A stretch of 64,000 nt of DNA. Origin: Candidatus Latescibacterota bacterium (GTDB lineage Bacteria; Latescibacterota; UBA2968; GCA-2709665). The DNA is taken from contig OZ242358.1 in NCBI GenBank assembly GCA_965208835.1, positions 4,128,001 through 4,192,000 of the forward strand, read 5' to 3'. The notes below the pieces were generated by a model that worked only from the letters and a program-made list of their open reading frames with translations, had not been told where the DNA came from and made no database searches. Both the position numbers and the translations under genes were made by a program. Positions 26,985 through 36,309 of the stretch are shown piece by piece. Every line of letters begins with the position of its first letter. The stretch's first letter is position 1.

Positions 26985-27046
26985 ACACTAACGGAAGATG
27001 GCGTGCAACGCCGGAACGGATGGCGCCGGACGTGCCATTCACGGTA

Positions 27047-28063
27047 ATGCTCATGTTCAGATTGGTACAGCTGATTCATCCCCGTGAGGGGCGGCGCATT
27101 GCCGTTGTCGAACGCGACGGCTGCCGGCTGATCGACACGTACACATCGGTCCACGGCCTGGCGAGCTTCGTTTTACGGTCCGACGCCACCCTGTGTACGG
27201 AAATTGAATCAAAGCTCGGAAGGAACTTTCACGATTACGACGCTGTCTACCACGGCAGGTCCGAGTGGAAGCTGCTCCCCGCGTACGATCACCCCGGCGA
27301 GCCTTCCCGCTGTCTGGTGGCGGGCACCGGGCTGACCCACAGGGCGAGCGTTGACAACCGGCAGGCCATGCACGACCAGAACACGGTCGGCGAAACACAG
27401 GTCACCGACAGCATGCGAATGTATCAATGGGGTCTGCAGGGCGGCAGACCCGAGCCCGGCATCGTTGGCGTCCCGCCCGAATGGTTCTACAAGGGGACCG
27501 GAACCATTCTGCGCGCGCACGGCGAGCCCCTGGACGTGCCGGCCTTCGCGGGCGACGGCGGCGAGGAGCCTGAAGTCGCCGGGGCGTACATTATCGATTC
27601 GGCAGGAAAACCCAGGCGCATCGGCCTCGCCATCGGCAACGAATTCTCAGACCACGTCACCGAGAAGAAAAACTACCTGTATCTGGCGCCCTCAAAGCTC
27701 CGGACCTGCTCCATCGGTCCCGAACTTATACTCGATCCCGATTTTGAGAGCGTCGACGGAGAAGTCTCGATCGAACGAAACGGTATCGCCGTCTGGTCCA
27801 AGACGATCGCGACGGGTGAGGCCTGCATGGCGCATAGCCTGGCCAACCTCGAGCACCACCATTTCAAGTACCCCCAGCATCGCCGGACGGACGACGCTCA
27901 CATCTTCTTCTTCGGCGCGGACGCCTTCAGTTTCGGCGCTGATGTCGAACTGGAGGACGGAGACGTCATGGCCATCTCATGGAACGGCTTTGGAAGGCCG
28001 TTGAGGAATCCCCTCCGGATCGAAACTGATGAAGAAACCCTGGTCCGGGTCGATCCGCTGTGA
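27047..28063 (+). CDS. AraD1/GguC family (fumarylacetoacetate-hydrolase-like) protein
   Basis: GTGLTH, TDSMRM, PEWFYKG, GEEPEVAG, NEFSDH, MAHSLANLEHHHFKY; start 27047 or 27053. Confidence 0.88.
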   Translation: MLMFRLVQLIHPREGRRIAVVERDGCRLIDTYTSVHGLASFVLRSDATLCTEIESKLGRNFHDYDAVYHGRSEWKLLPAYDHPGEPSRCLVAGTGLTHRASVDNRQAMHDQNTVGETQVTDSMRMYQWGLQGGRPEPGIVGVPPEWFYKGTGTILRAHGEPLDVPAFAGDGGEEPEVAGAYIIDSAGKPRRIGLAIGNEFSDHVTEKKNYLYLAPSKLRTCSIGPELILDPDFESVDGEVSIERNGIAVWSKTIATGEACMAHSLANLEHHHFKYPQHRRTDDAHIFFFGADAFSFGADVELEDGDVMAISWNGFGRPLRNPLRIETDEETLVRVDPL

Positions 28064-28149
28064 ATGGCGCCGGTCTGGCGCGCGTCGGGGAAGCCACCTG
28101 GTTCGCGGGTAAGATCCCGCTGGCGCTTCCAGCTTGAAGGACGAAAACG

Positions 28150-28995
28150 ATGATCATTGACGTACACGCCCACGTCTTCCGATATCCTCAACACTTCACC
28201 GAAGCGTTCCGGCGGCAGGCCGCCCGCGCCAGAGGCGACGTGGAAGTCGACCTCTCGACCAGCCCTGACGACTACCGGCGGCACGCGGGTGAACCGGTTC
28301 GCACGATCGTCTTCGGCGGAAAGGCCAGACTGAGCGGTGTCTGGGTAGAGGATCGCTTTGTGGCCGAAACGGTAGCCCGGAGCCCGGATGCGCTCATCGG
28401 CTTCCTGTCGGTCGATCCGACGCAGGAGGGCTGGCAGGACGAGTTGAGAGAGGGACATCAGGACCTCGGCCTCCAGGGAATAAAGCTACTCTCCATGTAC
28501 GCCGGCTTCAGGCCCGACGACCCGTCCGTTGAGCCGCTCTGGCGGTACGCCCGTGAACACGAACTGCCCGTACTCCTCCATACCGGAACCACCTTTGTGT
28601 CGCAGGCGCCCCTGGAATGTACGCTTCCCCGCCACCTGGATCCGGTCGCCATTCGCTTCCCCGACGTAAAGATCATCCTGGCGCATCTGGGGCATCCCTA
28701 CGAAGGCGAATGCGTTGCGGTTATCCGAAAACACCCCAACGTCTACGCCGACCTCAGCGCCCTGCACTACCGCCCGTTTCAGCTCTACCACAGCCTGATG
28801 CTCGTCCAGGAATACGGCGTCTGGGACAAGCTGCTCTTCGGCACGGACTATCCTTTTACCACCGTCGACGCATCGCTTGCCGGCCTCCGCAGCCTGAACA
28901 ATATGCTCGAAGGCACCGCGCTGCCCCGCCTCGACGCCGACGAAATCGAATCGGTAATCTATCGGGACAGTCTCTCCATCCTGGACCTTTCCTAG
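28150..28995 (+). CDS. Amidohydrolase_2 family protein
   Basis: IIDVHAH, LLHTG, AHLG, LFGTDYP. Confidence 0.88.
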   Translation: MIIDVHAHVFRYPQHFTEAFRRQAARARGDVEVDLSTSPDDYRRHAGEPVRTIVFGGKARLSGVWVEDRFVAETVARSPDALIGFLSVDPTQEGWQDELREGHQDLGLQGIKLLSMYAGFRPDDPSVEPLWRYAREHELPVLLHTGTTFVSQAPLECTLPRHLDPVAIRFPDVKIILAHLGHPYEGECVAVIRKHPNVYADLSALHYRPFQLYHSLMLVQEYGVWDKLLFGTDYPFTTVDASLAGLRSLNNMLEGTALPRLDADEIESVIYRDSLSILDLS

Positions 28996-29180
28996 TGTTC
29001 TGTCCCAGAAATAAGTTGCCTGAATTCGACCGTCGAGTCGCCTGGCTCGCAAGGCGCCAGAGCGCAGGCGACTAGCGTAAGGTCTGCGAGCGAGGGCACT
29101 TCGACAAGCTCAGCACAAGCAACGTAGCGAGACGGGATGAATCGCCGGTCGAATGGTGAGGAATTTTTGGGCCAGGACAC
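28995..29180. mobile_element. MITE family B, copy 3, with a 23-nt CGTC-type repeat insertion
   Basis: Left end overlaps the TAG stop (CTAG); extra ACTTCGACAAGCTCAGCACAAGC relative to copies 1 and 2. Confidence 0.85.
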
Positions 29181-29187
29181 GAGCTCG

Positions 29188-30072
29188 ATGCGCATCGACG
29201 CACACATGCACGTCAACTACCAGGGCATGGATGCCGGGAGCCTCATTTCCGAGATGGATGCCTATGGCATCGACGTCACGTGGCTGCTGACGTGGTACCT
29301 TCCTCCCGGACAGGGCGCGCCGGGATTCGGCGCCGGATTCAGCCCGCTCAACTACCGGCCGGACGGCACACACGCCGGCGCAACCCTCGATCACATTCTC
29401 GCGGCATGCGACAGGTATCGGGGTCGCTTCATCGCCGGGTACTGCCCGTGTCCCTACGAGGGCTCCGCCGCCGATCTCTTTGAGAGTGCCTGGCGGATGC
29501 ATGGGGTGAGGATTTGCGGCGAATGGAGCTATCGCCTTCTGCTTGACGACCCTCGAAGCATCCAGCTGTTCCGCCGTGCCGGTCAACTCGGCGCCCCCGT
29601 TGTACTCCACATGGACGTGCCCTATCTGCCGGACAATAAAGGAAACCCAACGTATCAGAACAATTGGTACGGCGGCGACATCCGAAACCTGGAACGCGCG
29701 CTGCAGGCCTGTCCCGACACGATCTTCATCGGGCACGCGCCCGGCTTCTGGCGGTACATCAGCGGCGATGCAGTAACTTCACCCGAATCCTATCCGTCCG
29801 GTCCGGTCACCCCCGGCGGGGAACTCCATAGCCTCCTCGACAACTATCCCAACCTTTACGCGGATCTTTCCTCCGGGTCCGGCCTCAACGCGCTAAGCCG
29901 CGACCCCCAACACGCCCGGGACTTCCTTATCCGCCGGGCGGACCGCCTGCTTTACGGCCGCGACGGGAAGGGCAACGACCTGCAGGAATTCCTCCCGACC
30001 CTCGACCTGCCCGCGGACGTCCTGGCGAAGATCTACTACGAGAACGCGATCAGACTCGTGCCGGTGGATTGA
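29188..30072 (+). CDS. Amidohydrolase family protein
   Basis: IDAHMH, VLHMD, FIGHAPGFW, YADLS, LLYGRD. Confidence 0.85.
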   Translation: MRIDAHMHVNYQGMDAGSLISEMDAYGIDVTWLLTWYLPPGQGAPGFGAGFSPLNYRPDGTHAGATLDHILAACDRYRGRFIAGYCPCPYEGSAADLFESAWRMHGVRICGEWSYRLLLDDPRSIQLFRRAGQLGAPVVLHMDVPYLPDNKGNPTYQNNWYGGDIRNLERALQACPDTIFIGHAPGFWRYISGDAVTSPESYPSGPVTPGGELHSLLDNYPNLYADLSSGSGLNALSRDPQHARDFLIRRADRLLYGRDGKGNDLQEFLPTLDLPADVLAKIYYENAIRLVPVD

Positions 30073-30185
30073 CGGAAACCAAAACGGCCACCCTGAAACA
30101 GGGCGGCCGACACGCTGCCATTCGAATCTGGTGATTTGCCTTTCGGCGGATATTCCTCAACTGAACGTGGCCGGTCGCGCCTCCC

Positions 30186-31106
30186 TCAAGTCCAGGCCCC
30201 ACGTCCCCTTGTGTCCAGGTCCAGCTGCAGGCCGCGTTCGGGAAGGGGAACCGCCGCCCGATAGGTTTCGGCGATCTCCGCCGATGTCGCCGGGACCAGA
30301 GCGCAGCCCAGCTTTTCGCATATTTCCCTCGCCGCCGCCACCACGCCCTGCATCGTCTCCCTACGGAAGTCCCGCGCATCGCCGTAATCGAAGATATTGT
30401 GCGTCAGCGCTTTCAGGTACTTCACCGGTATGTCGCTTCCGTTGTCGATCTGTCGTTTCACATTCTTTTGAATGGTATACCAGTGGTTCTTGGCGTCCAC
30501 CAGTTCAATGCGCAGATCCTGCGGGTGCGCCCCGCCCCACATCCGCGAGTCGACGTCCACAGTGGTCGGTATATCCACGAAATTCACGTCACCCGTCAGG
30601 GATCGATTGTACCGGTGCGGGTAGTGGATGTCCAGCGGCGAACCGCCCCATACACAGGCGCAATGAGGAAGGTTTCGCGTTGGCATCGACACCGTGCCGT
30701 GCGTGAACCCCAGCGCCTCCAGCGCGGGAAAGGTATGGTCGTTGGCCGAAAAATAGCCGGGGGTGAATACCGAGGGCGGCCGGCCCATCGAATCGGCGAA
30801 CTGGTCCGCAGCCTCCTTCAGAATCGCCACCTGTTCCTCGAACCCGTACACACCCAGGAACTCTTCGTACCCCTGTTCCGCCGGATGCACGTGAAGGCCC
30901 ACCTCGTGGCCTTCGGATTCGAGTTCGCGATACACGCCCGCGTGTACCTTCATGTCCGACGGGATCACGACAAACGTCCCCTTCGTGCCGGTCCGCGAGA
31001 AGATTTCGCCCAATCCCCGAATCGACCGTTCGCCCAGCGCCGGGTCGCCGATACTTCGCTGCGTGGCCTCACAATCCACCTGAATGTTGAAGAAGACTTC
31101 CGTCAT
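30186..31106 (-). CDS. Polysaccharide deacetylase (NodB/CE4-like) protein
   Basis: VDCE, GTFVV, GHEVGLHVH, FTPG motifs. Confidence 0.7.
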   Translation of the reverse strand: MTEVFFNIQVDCEATQRSIGDPALGERSIRGLGEIFSRTGTKGTFVVIPSDMKVHAGVYRELESEGHEVGLHVHPAEQGYEEFLGVYGFEEQVAILKEAADQFADSMGRPPSVFTPGYFSANDHTFPALEALGFTHGTVSMPTRNLPHCACVWGGSPLDIHYPHRYNRSLTGDVNFVDIPTTVDVDSRMWGGAHPQDLRIELVDAKNHWYTIQKNVKRQIDNGSDIPVKYLKALTHNIFDYGDARDFRRETMQGVVAAAREICEKLGCALVPATSAEIAETYRAAVPLPERGLQLDLDTRGRGAWT

Positions 31107-31145
31107 GTATTTCCGACTCCGGTATTGAGACGGGTTCCCTGTACT

Positions 31146-32882
31146 TTACCCGGCCACCGCTCGTCCATCGAATGCATCGACATCGGCGTATTCGCGCACA
31201 ACGGCGTCACCTTCGTTTCGGAACACCGAAATACGCAACGGCACCGACGTTCTGCCTGCCAGCGTATACCGCGCCGCCTCTCCGTCCGTTGATACCTGCT
31301 CGAACCGGACCCCGTCTTTTCCCTGCAGATAGTGGCCGATTTCATCGTGGCTGGCGTAGACCTTCTCGTAGCCGGCCGTCATCGTACGCGTGCGGGCCAG
31401 AATGCGGTCCCATTCTTCCATGGTAACGGCGTCGAACTTCTGCTCATGGGTCACGATCTCCGCGTAGAACCCGGCACGCAGCCCGTGGCGGATCTGCAGG
31501 GCCGCATTGCCGGCGGCCTTTTCGACGTCCGTTCTTTCGTTCTCCCGCAGATAGGGCGTGCATCCCGTCAGGAAATCCTCCTGATGACGGGCAAGCATGG
31601 CCGCGAAGGCGAAGAAGCCGTGGTCGTCGGGGAGATAATCGTAATAACACGTCTGCAGGCCGTAAGGCCAGAACCCGTCCTGCATGCACATATCGGCCTT
31701 GTGCAGCCCCGTCTGCAGGGCCGGGCAGAAAAACCGGTGTCCGCGCTCCTTCAGGAAGGGAAGCGCCCGAACGCCGTACTCACCCCAGTGGAATCGCAGC
31801 GTCGCACCGGGATTGGCCCCCACCTGATTCCAGAACGCGTCCGCAAAGGCGAAGTTGGATTGCAGTTCCGCCTGCGAACACTCGCCCTTTCCGAAGTTGT
31901 AGATCAGCAACCGATAATAGTCCAGCGCGTGGCTGTTGTAGTGGATTTCCCCGCTCTGCATTCCCGCCCTGATTTTGGGAAACAGACGTTCCGGTACGTT
32001 CGCGATGAACAGGGACGGCATCGGTTTGAACCCGTAGCTGTTCGCGATATCGGCGAATGCGAAATCGTGCCGACCCTCGCAATCGTCCCAAGACATGGTG
32101 ACGAAGGGTGGAATCATATTGGCGGCGAACGGCTTGCGCGCGGTCCACACGATCGAACGCCAGAACAGATCGTCCATCCCGCGGGCATGGCCGTAGAACG
32201 CATTCCGCCACACTCTGGAGTTCAACGTGAACTGCACCGCCCGCCCGTTCCCCCATTCCGTTGCGAATACCAGGGGATAGTTGCGCGGTTCGAACGCGCT
32301 CCAGGGCGCGAGGTGCCGGATATAGATCAGCTGCTCCTTTCCCAGAATTCCGTCCGCGAGCGGAACCACGGAATCGCCCCATTTTTCGGCGGCGATTGCC
32401 GTCACCATCCGGTCGAACGTGTGGAATTCTCCGGGCGACTGCAATTCCGTGATATAGTGATCCCGTTCCTGCATCCGCACGGTATCGGTCGCGTATGGAT
32501 GCGGGTTGATCCGGTCGAAACCGAATATCTCCAGGAGGGGGCCCTTATATCCTCTCAGGTCGTAGTCGAAATTGACGAGCCCCGCGCCACTACGAACCGC
32601 GTCCGCAATCAGACCCCCCTCGGAACGGGTCAACGACGCGCCCAGGCCGTTCTGCGCCAGCAGGATGCCGGCGCATTGGCCCAGAGACTCCGGCGTTGGC
32701 CGTTCCCCGGCCAGATCCAGCAGGCGAAACGGCATACCGAAATGCGCCAGCGCCGCCAGGACCGTCTCATCCACAATCATCCGCTCCCAGTACGGCCCGT
32801 CGCTGTCGATCACGACCAGCAACGCGCCGTTACCGGCACTGGTATGTTGTTCCCGCTGCACCCGTCCGCTGCCCGATGCCAT
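31146..32882 (-). CDS. Hypothetical protein, GATase-like N-domain plus deacetylase-like domain
   Basis: 578 aa; VTMSWDD, NSH, VTHE; operonic spacing. Confidence 0.6.
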   Translation of the reverse strand: MASGSGRVQREQHTSAGNGALLVVIDSDGPYWERMIVDETVLAALAHFGMPFRLLDLAGERPTPESLGQCAGILLAQNGLGASLTRSEGGLIADAVRSGAGLVNFDYDLRGYKGPLLEIFGFDRINPHPYATDTVRMQERDHYITELQSPGEFHTFDRMVTAIAAEKWGDSVVPLADGILGKEQLIYIRHLAPWSAFEPRNYPLVFATEWGNGRAVQFTLNSRVWRNAFYGHARGMDDLFWRSIVWTARKPFAANMIPPFVTMSWDDCEGRHDFAFADIANSYGFKPMPSLFIANVPERLFPKIRAGMQSGEIHYNSHALDYYRLLIYNFGKGECSQAELQSNFAFADAFWNQVGANPGATLRFHWGEYGVRALPFLKERGHRFFCPALQTGLHKADMCMQDGFWPYGLQTCYYDYLPDDHGFFAFAAMLARHQEDFLTGCTPYLRENERTDVEKAAGNAALQIRHGLRAGFYAEIVTHEQKFDAVTMEEWDRILARTRTMTAGYEKVYASHDEIGHYLQGKDGVRFEQVSTDGEAARYTLAGRTSVPLRISVFRNEGDAVVREYADVDAFDGRAVAG

Positions 32883-32883
32883 G

Positions 32884-33261
32884 TCACTCTCCTTCTTCCG
32901 GTTCCGACTCTGACGTTTGAAGTATATGACTCAAGTGCAACGTACACTCGCTGCGCAGAACCGGAACATCCCGCTCAATGATCGCCCAGACGATGGCGTC
33001 ATCCACGTTTGGATACTGATGTGTCAGTTGATTGCGAAAGTCCACGATTCGTCTAGCCCGTGTTATGCTGCCGAAGATCTCCTTCGACATCCTGTTGAGA
33101 GCTGCGAGAGCCTCCCCGATAATGATGAATTCACGCTCTACCGAGGATCGGACCAACCGGTTGCCCTCGTAATCTTGAAGATCGAGGCCCTGGACTGCGT
33201 TTATGATCGCATCACAGGCCTCGACTACGTCCGACAGGTAGGCTCGCGCGTCACGCGGCAT
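32884..33261 (-). CDS. hepT: HepT-like HEPN ribonuclease toxin (DUF86)
   Basis: RNQLTHQY (Rx4HxY), IIGEA, IVW. Confidence 0.88.
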   Translation of the reverse strand: MPRDARAYLSDVVEACDAIINAVQGLDLQDYEGNRLVRSSVEREFIIIGEALAALNRMSKEIFGSITRARRIVDFRNQLTHQYPNVDDAIVWAIIERDVPVLRSECTLHLSHILQTSESEPEEGE

Positions 33262-33559
33262 ATAACAGCTCCTTGGTACGCGCAATCTCGCGTGCGATAT
33301 AGGGGTTCTTCACGGCGCCTGAAATGACCAGATCGACCTGCTCACCCAGGATGGCCCTCAGATCTTCAAGCAGGCCGAAATAGGCATCGACTCGAGCATA
33401 GGGTTCCATCGAGCCAAGTTCGACCAAGAGATCCACGTCGCTCCTGCCGGGCTGGAACTCGTCTCGAAGAGCCGATCCAAACGCATCCAACCGGATCACG
33501 CCGTGGCGTTCGCAGGCCTCCGTGATGGCGTCCAGCTTGTTTCGCAAAATCCCTGTCAT
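33251..33559 (-). CDS. mntA: MNT minimal nucleotidyltransferase antitoxin
   Basis: FGSALRDEFQPGRSDVD (GSx10DxD); overlaps the hepT start. Confidence 0.88.
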   Translation of the reverse strand: MTGILRNKLDAITEACERHGVIRLDAFGSALRDEFQPGRSDVDLLVELGSMEPYARVDAYFGLLEDLRAILGEQVDLVISGAVKNPYIAREIARTKELLYAA

Positions 33560-33800
33560 CGGTACCTCCAATGCACTCGCCCCGCTCAGGCAAAGACCGG
33601 TCGGACGAACCCAAATGCAGAATATCTCACGACTGAACAAGCTCTCGACATTACAACACGGAGAACCGTTCAGTTAAGTCACTCATACAGGTACCAGCAG
33701 CTCAATTGGTGCGATGAGCTTCAGAAGCGAGATGCGACGTTTTCAGCACGACCCAGCGATTCTACTCGCGAGTACGTTGTACGATTTCTCAAGGTTGTCC

Positions 33801-33826
33801 CTTGTGTCTTTGTGTCTTTGTGTGAG
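33801..33826. repeat. Short octamer tandem repeat (TTGTGTCT)x~3
   Basis: cttgtgtctttgtgtctttgtgtg. Confidence 0.6.
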
Positions 33827-33841
33827 AACAGGTTGTTCCAT

Positions 33842-34984
33842 CTAAACCTTGATCTCCCAGAGATATCCACTGCGGTAGGGACTGTCGTTTTCGCCCGCGT
33901 AGATCGTCCCGTCGGGAGTGACGGCTACGTCGTGCACCTGCCAGCAATCGGCGTCTCCGTCCGAAACCGGTCCCAGCAGGTCCCATGACTCCGAGTCAGC
34001 GTCGAACCGGATCACCTCACACTTCCCGTCCCGCCCGGTTACGCCGTAAGCCGCCCCGTCGGGGCCCGGCTGCATGGTTGTCAGCCGGCTGCGGCGGTCC
34101 GCAACGGGCGTGCCGAGATACGTGCCCATCCCGGTCTCCGTATCGATCCGGTATATCGACCCGTTCGCGCCGCTGGCGTACATCCGGCCCCCGCCCAAGT
34201 TGAAAATACCCTCCACACGCTCGTATCCGTAGCTGCCGTCCGGCTTGGGCAGACCGGCGTCGAAATACGCGATCCTGTCCGTTTCGGGGTCGAACTTGCA
34301 CAGCCGGTTGCGGTCCACGCCTGCGAAATTCTGCCACGCCCGCGTCACGCTCCAGCCGCACCACACACACCCTTCGTCGTCCAGCTCGACGTTCTCGCCC
34401 TGGGCCATCTCCATCCCGCTGCTGATCGGCCCCAGGTCGTCCGAGCGGCCGTCCGCGAGGTTGAACCGGAACATGCGTTCCGGCGTGAACGTCATGCCGT
34501 AGATCACGCCGCGCTCCTGGTCCAGGCAGATCGACTGGATGTACATATGCGGCATGGGAATCCCGACTTTCCTGATTTCTCCGGTCACGGGGTCGTATTT
34601 GACGATGGCCCCGCCTGGCGCCTCCCAGTACCGGTCGATATCGTGCAGGAGCGCGATTGCGCCGTAAAGACAGCCGTCTTTCTCCCACCTCACCAGCGAC
34701 CTGTGAAACTTGGCATCGAACGGATCGGCCACCTTCCCGTACCCCAGATCCTCGAACTCGCCGGTTGCGCGATCGTAGGCGCGGAATATATCGGCGTTGA
34801 AGGATGTAATCCCAAGGTAGATTCGGTCATCGTCCGCGTTGTGATACACGCTGTCCATGCTGATCCAGCCCTCGCGCCAGGACGAATCCGCCCTGAAGTC
34901 GTTATATTCCCAGCGGTCCTCGATCTCGTCGTCCCACTGGTTGCCGTAGTCCACGTCCTGCAATTTGAGCGCCCTGACCTGCAT
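33842..34984 (-). CDS. Hypothetical beta-propeller protein
   Basis: 380 aa; repeated DG.LYG / D.G.IY blades; AGGAG SD. Confidence 0.7.
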   Translation of the reverse strand: MQVRALKLQDVDYGNQWDDEIEDRWEYNDFRADSSWREGWISMDSVYHNADDDRIYLGITSFNADIFRAYDRATGEFEDLGYGKVADPFDAKFHRSLVRWEKDGCLYGAIALLHDIDRYWEAPGGAIVKYDPVTGEIRKVGIPMPHMYIQSICLDQERGVIYGMTFTPERMFRFNLADGRSDDLGPISSGMEMAQGENVELDDEGCVWCGWSVTRAWQNFAGVDRNRLCKFDPETDRIAYFDAGLPKPDGSYGYERVEGIFNLGGGRMYASGANGSIYRIDTETGMGTYLGTPVADRRSRLTTMQPGPDGAAYGVTGRDGKCEVIRFDADSESWDLLGPVSDGDADCWQVHDVAVTPDGTIYAGENDSPYRSGYLWEIKV

Positions 34985-35046
34985 CTGACTCTCCTTTCAT
35001 TTTCACGGCGGCGGCATCACAGAACTCCGCCTCCCGCTGACAGCGC

Positions 35047-36291
35047 CTATACCGCCTCGCTGATCTTGTTCAACGCCCGGAAAAATTCGTCGAATACCTC
35101 CACAATGTCTGCCGCGATCTCGTGCTCCGTGCCCGCTTCCCACTCGTCCGGCGTCAACCGGGCGAACGCCTTCGTGCCCTCCACCTCCGACGGAGACAGG
35201 AGATCTCCCTTCAGTTCGTCCAGAATCGTTACAGGATCGTCCACCGTCTCACCCGTCCTGATCTTCCAGAACGTCCGGAACGGCATCCGGAAGAAGCTGT
35301 TGCCAATCCTCCCCAGCTCGTTCTGAATCAGCCAGGTGGTATCGAAATGCGCCGGTGCGTGGCCGTAAAAGTGGAGGCGACCCTTCATCAGTCGCGAGAA
35401 CTTGGCGTTGTCGAAAATCACCAGCGCGGGGTCCAAAGGCACCTCCTGAAGCGCCGCTCTCCACGCGCCGATATCCGCGCCCGCCTCACCGGGGATCAGC
35501 GTCACTGCGTCCCTCAACCGTACCAGGATTTCCGCCAACGCCTCTTCCAGCGCGTCCTCCAGCGTGGTAAGGTGCGGCTCCTCGTACCACCTGGGTATCT
35601 CGTAGTGGGCGTGCAGAATCTCCCTGATCAGGTCCCAGCATCGCAGCCCGGGGAAATGCCGTTCCGCGATCTCGAACGCATCCAGCTTGCCGCAGATATT
35701 CTGTTTCTCGAGAACGCAGACGGCCGAGTGGACCGGCGGATTGAAATAGTGCATGATCCGGCTGTGCAGGGGATATTTGTTCTCGTGAACTCCCAGGTTG
35801 ATGGCGGGATCGATCGTGCGGTTGTATCGCCCGAAATACAGGCAGAACTTTTTCAGATGAAAATACTCGTCCTTCTCGTCCCAGGGTCTCCGGGCGAGGG
35901 TGTCCAGGGCCTCGCCGAGTCTCTTCTTGTCCTCGGTCAGATAGTACGTCCACTGGTGGTATTCCGGATAGTAGTTCCGCTCCGACGTGAGTTCGGACCA
36001 GGTCAGATTCACCCCGGGCAGGTGCTCGAAGTTCCGCGCCCAGCAGGGATATTTCTCGCACAGCCGCAGATGCGTCTCGCCCATGGTCGTGGACAACTCG
36101 CACCAGTCGTCCACCGTCATGCCGTCGTTCACGATAAAGCGGGTGTCGAAATCGCTCATGCCCGGCAGCAGGTCCCGGAACATCCACTTGCCCGCGATCG
36201 CCTCGATCTTGTCGCAGTGATACCGGCACGCCTCGTAGTACGTCCGGATATAATCCTCAAAGTCGTTCTCCGGCCTGGGTGCGAATTTCAT
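35047..36291 (-). CDS. Hypothetical protein with a Pol-beta-like nucleotidyltransferase motif
   Basis: AIAGKWMFRDLLPGMSDFDTRFIV; AGGAGG SD. Confidence 0.6.
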   Translation of the reverse strand: MKFAPRPENDFEDYIRTYYEACRYHCDKIEAIAGKWMFRDLLPGMSDFDTRFIVNDGMTVDDWCELSTTMGETHLRLCEKYPCWARNFEHLPGVNLTWSELTSERNYYPEYHQWTYYLTEDKKRLGEALDTLARRPWDEKDEYFHLKKFCLYFGRYNRTIDPAINLGVHENKYPLHSRIMHYFNPPVHSAVCVLEKQNICGKLDAFEIAERHFPGLRCWDLIREILHAHYEIPRWYEEPHLTTLEDALEEALAEILVRLRDAVTLIPGEAGADIGAWRAALQEVPLDPALVIFDNAKFSRLMKGRLHFYGHAPAHFDTTWLIQNELGRIGNSFFRMPFRTFWKIRTGETVDDPVTILDELKGDLLSPSEVEGTKAFARLTPDEWEAGTEHEIAADIVEVFDEFFRALNKISEAV

Positions 36292-36309
36292 CGCTCCTCC
36301 TTCTCGGTG

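Noticed and set aside
26621-27046. N-terminal extension of the AraD1/GguC ORF
   Set aside because: Arg-rich out-of-frame overlap with the heparinase gene; family homology starts at RLVQ.
4740-29180. Repeated intergenic elements as CRISPR arrays or riboswitches
   Set aside because: Dispersed single copies with TIRs and TSDs, no repeat-spacer periodicity, no cas genes, and unrelated downstream genes.
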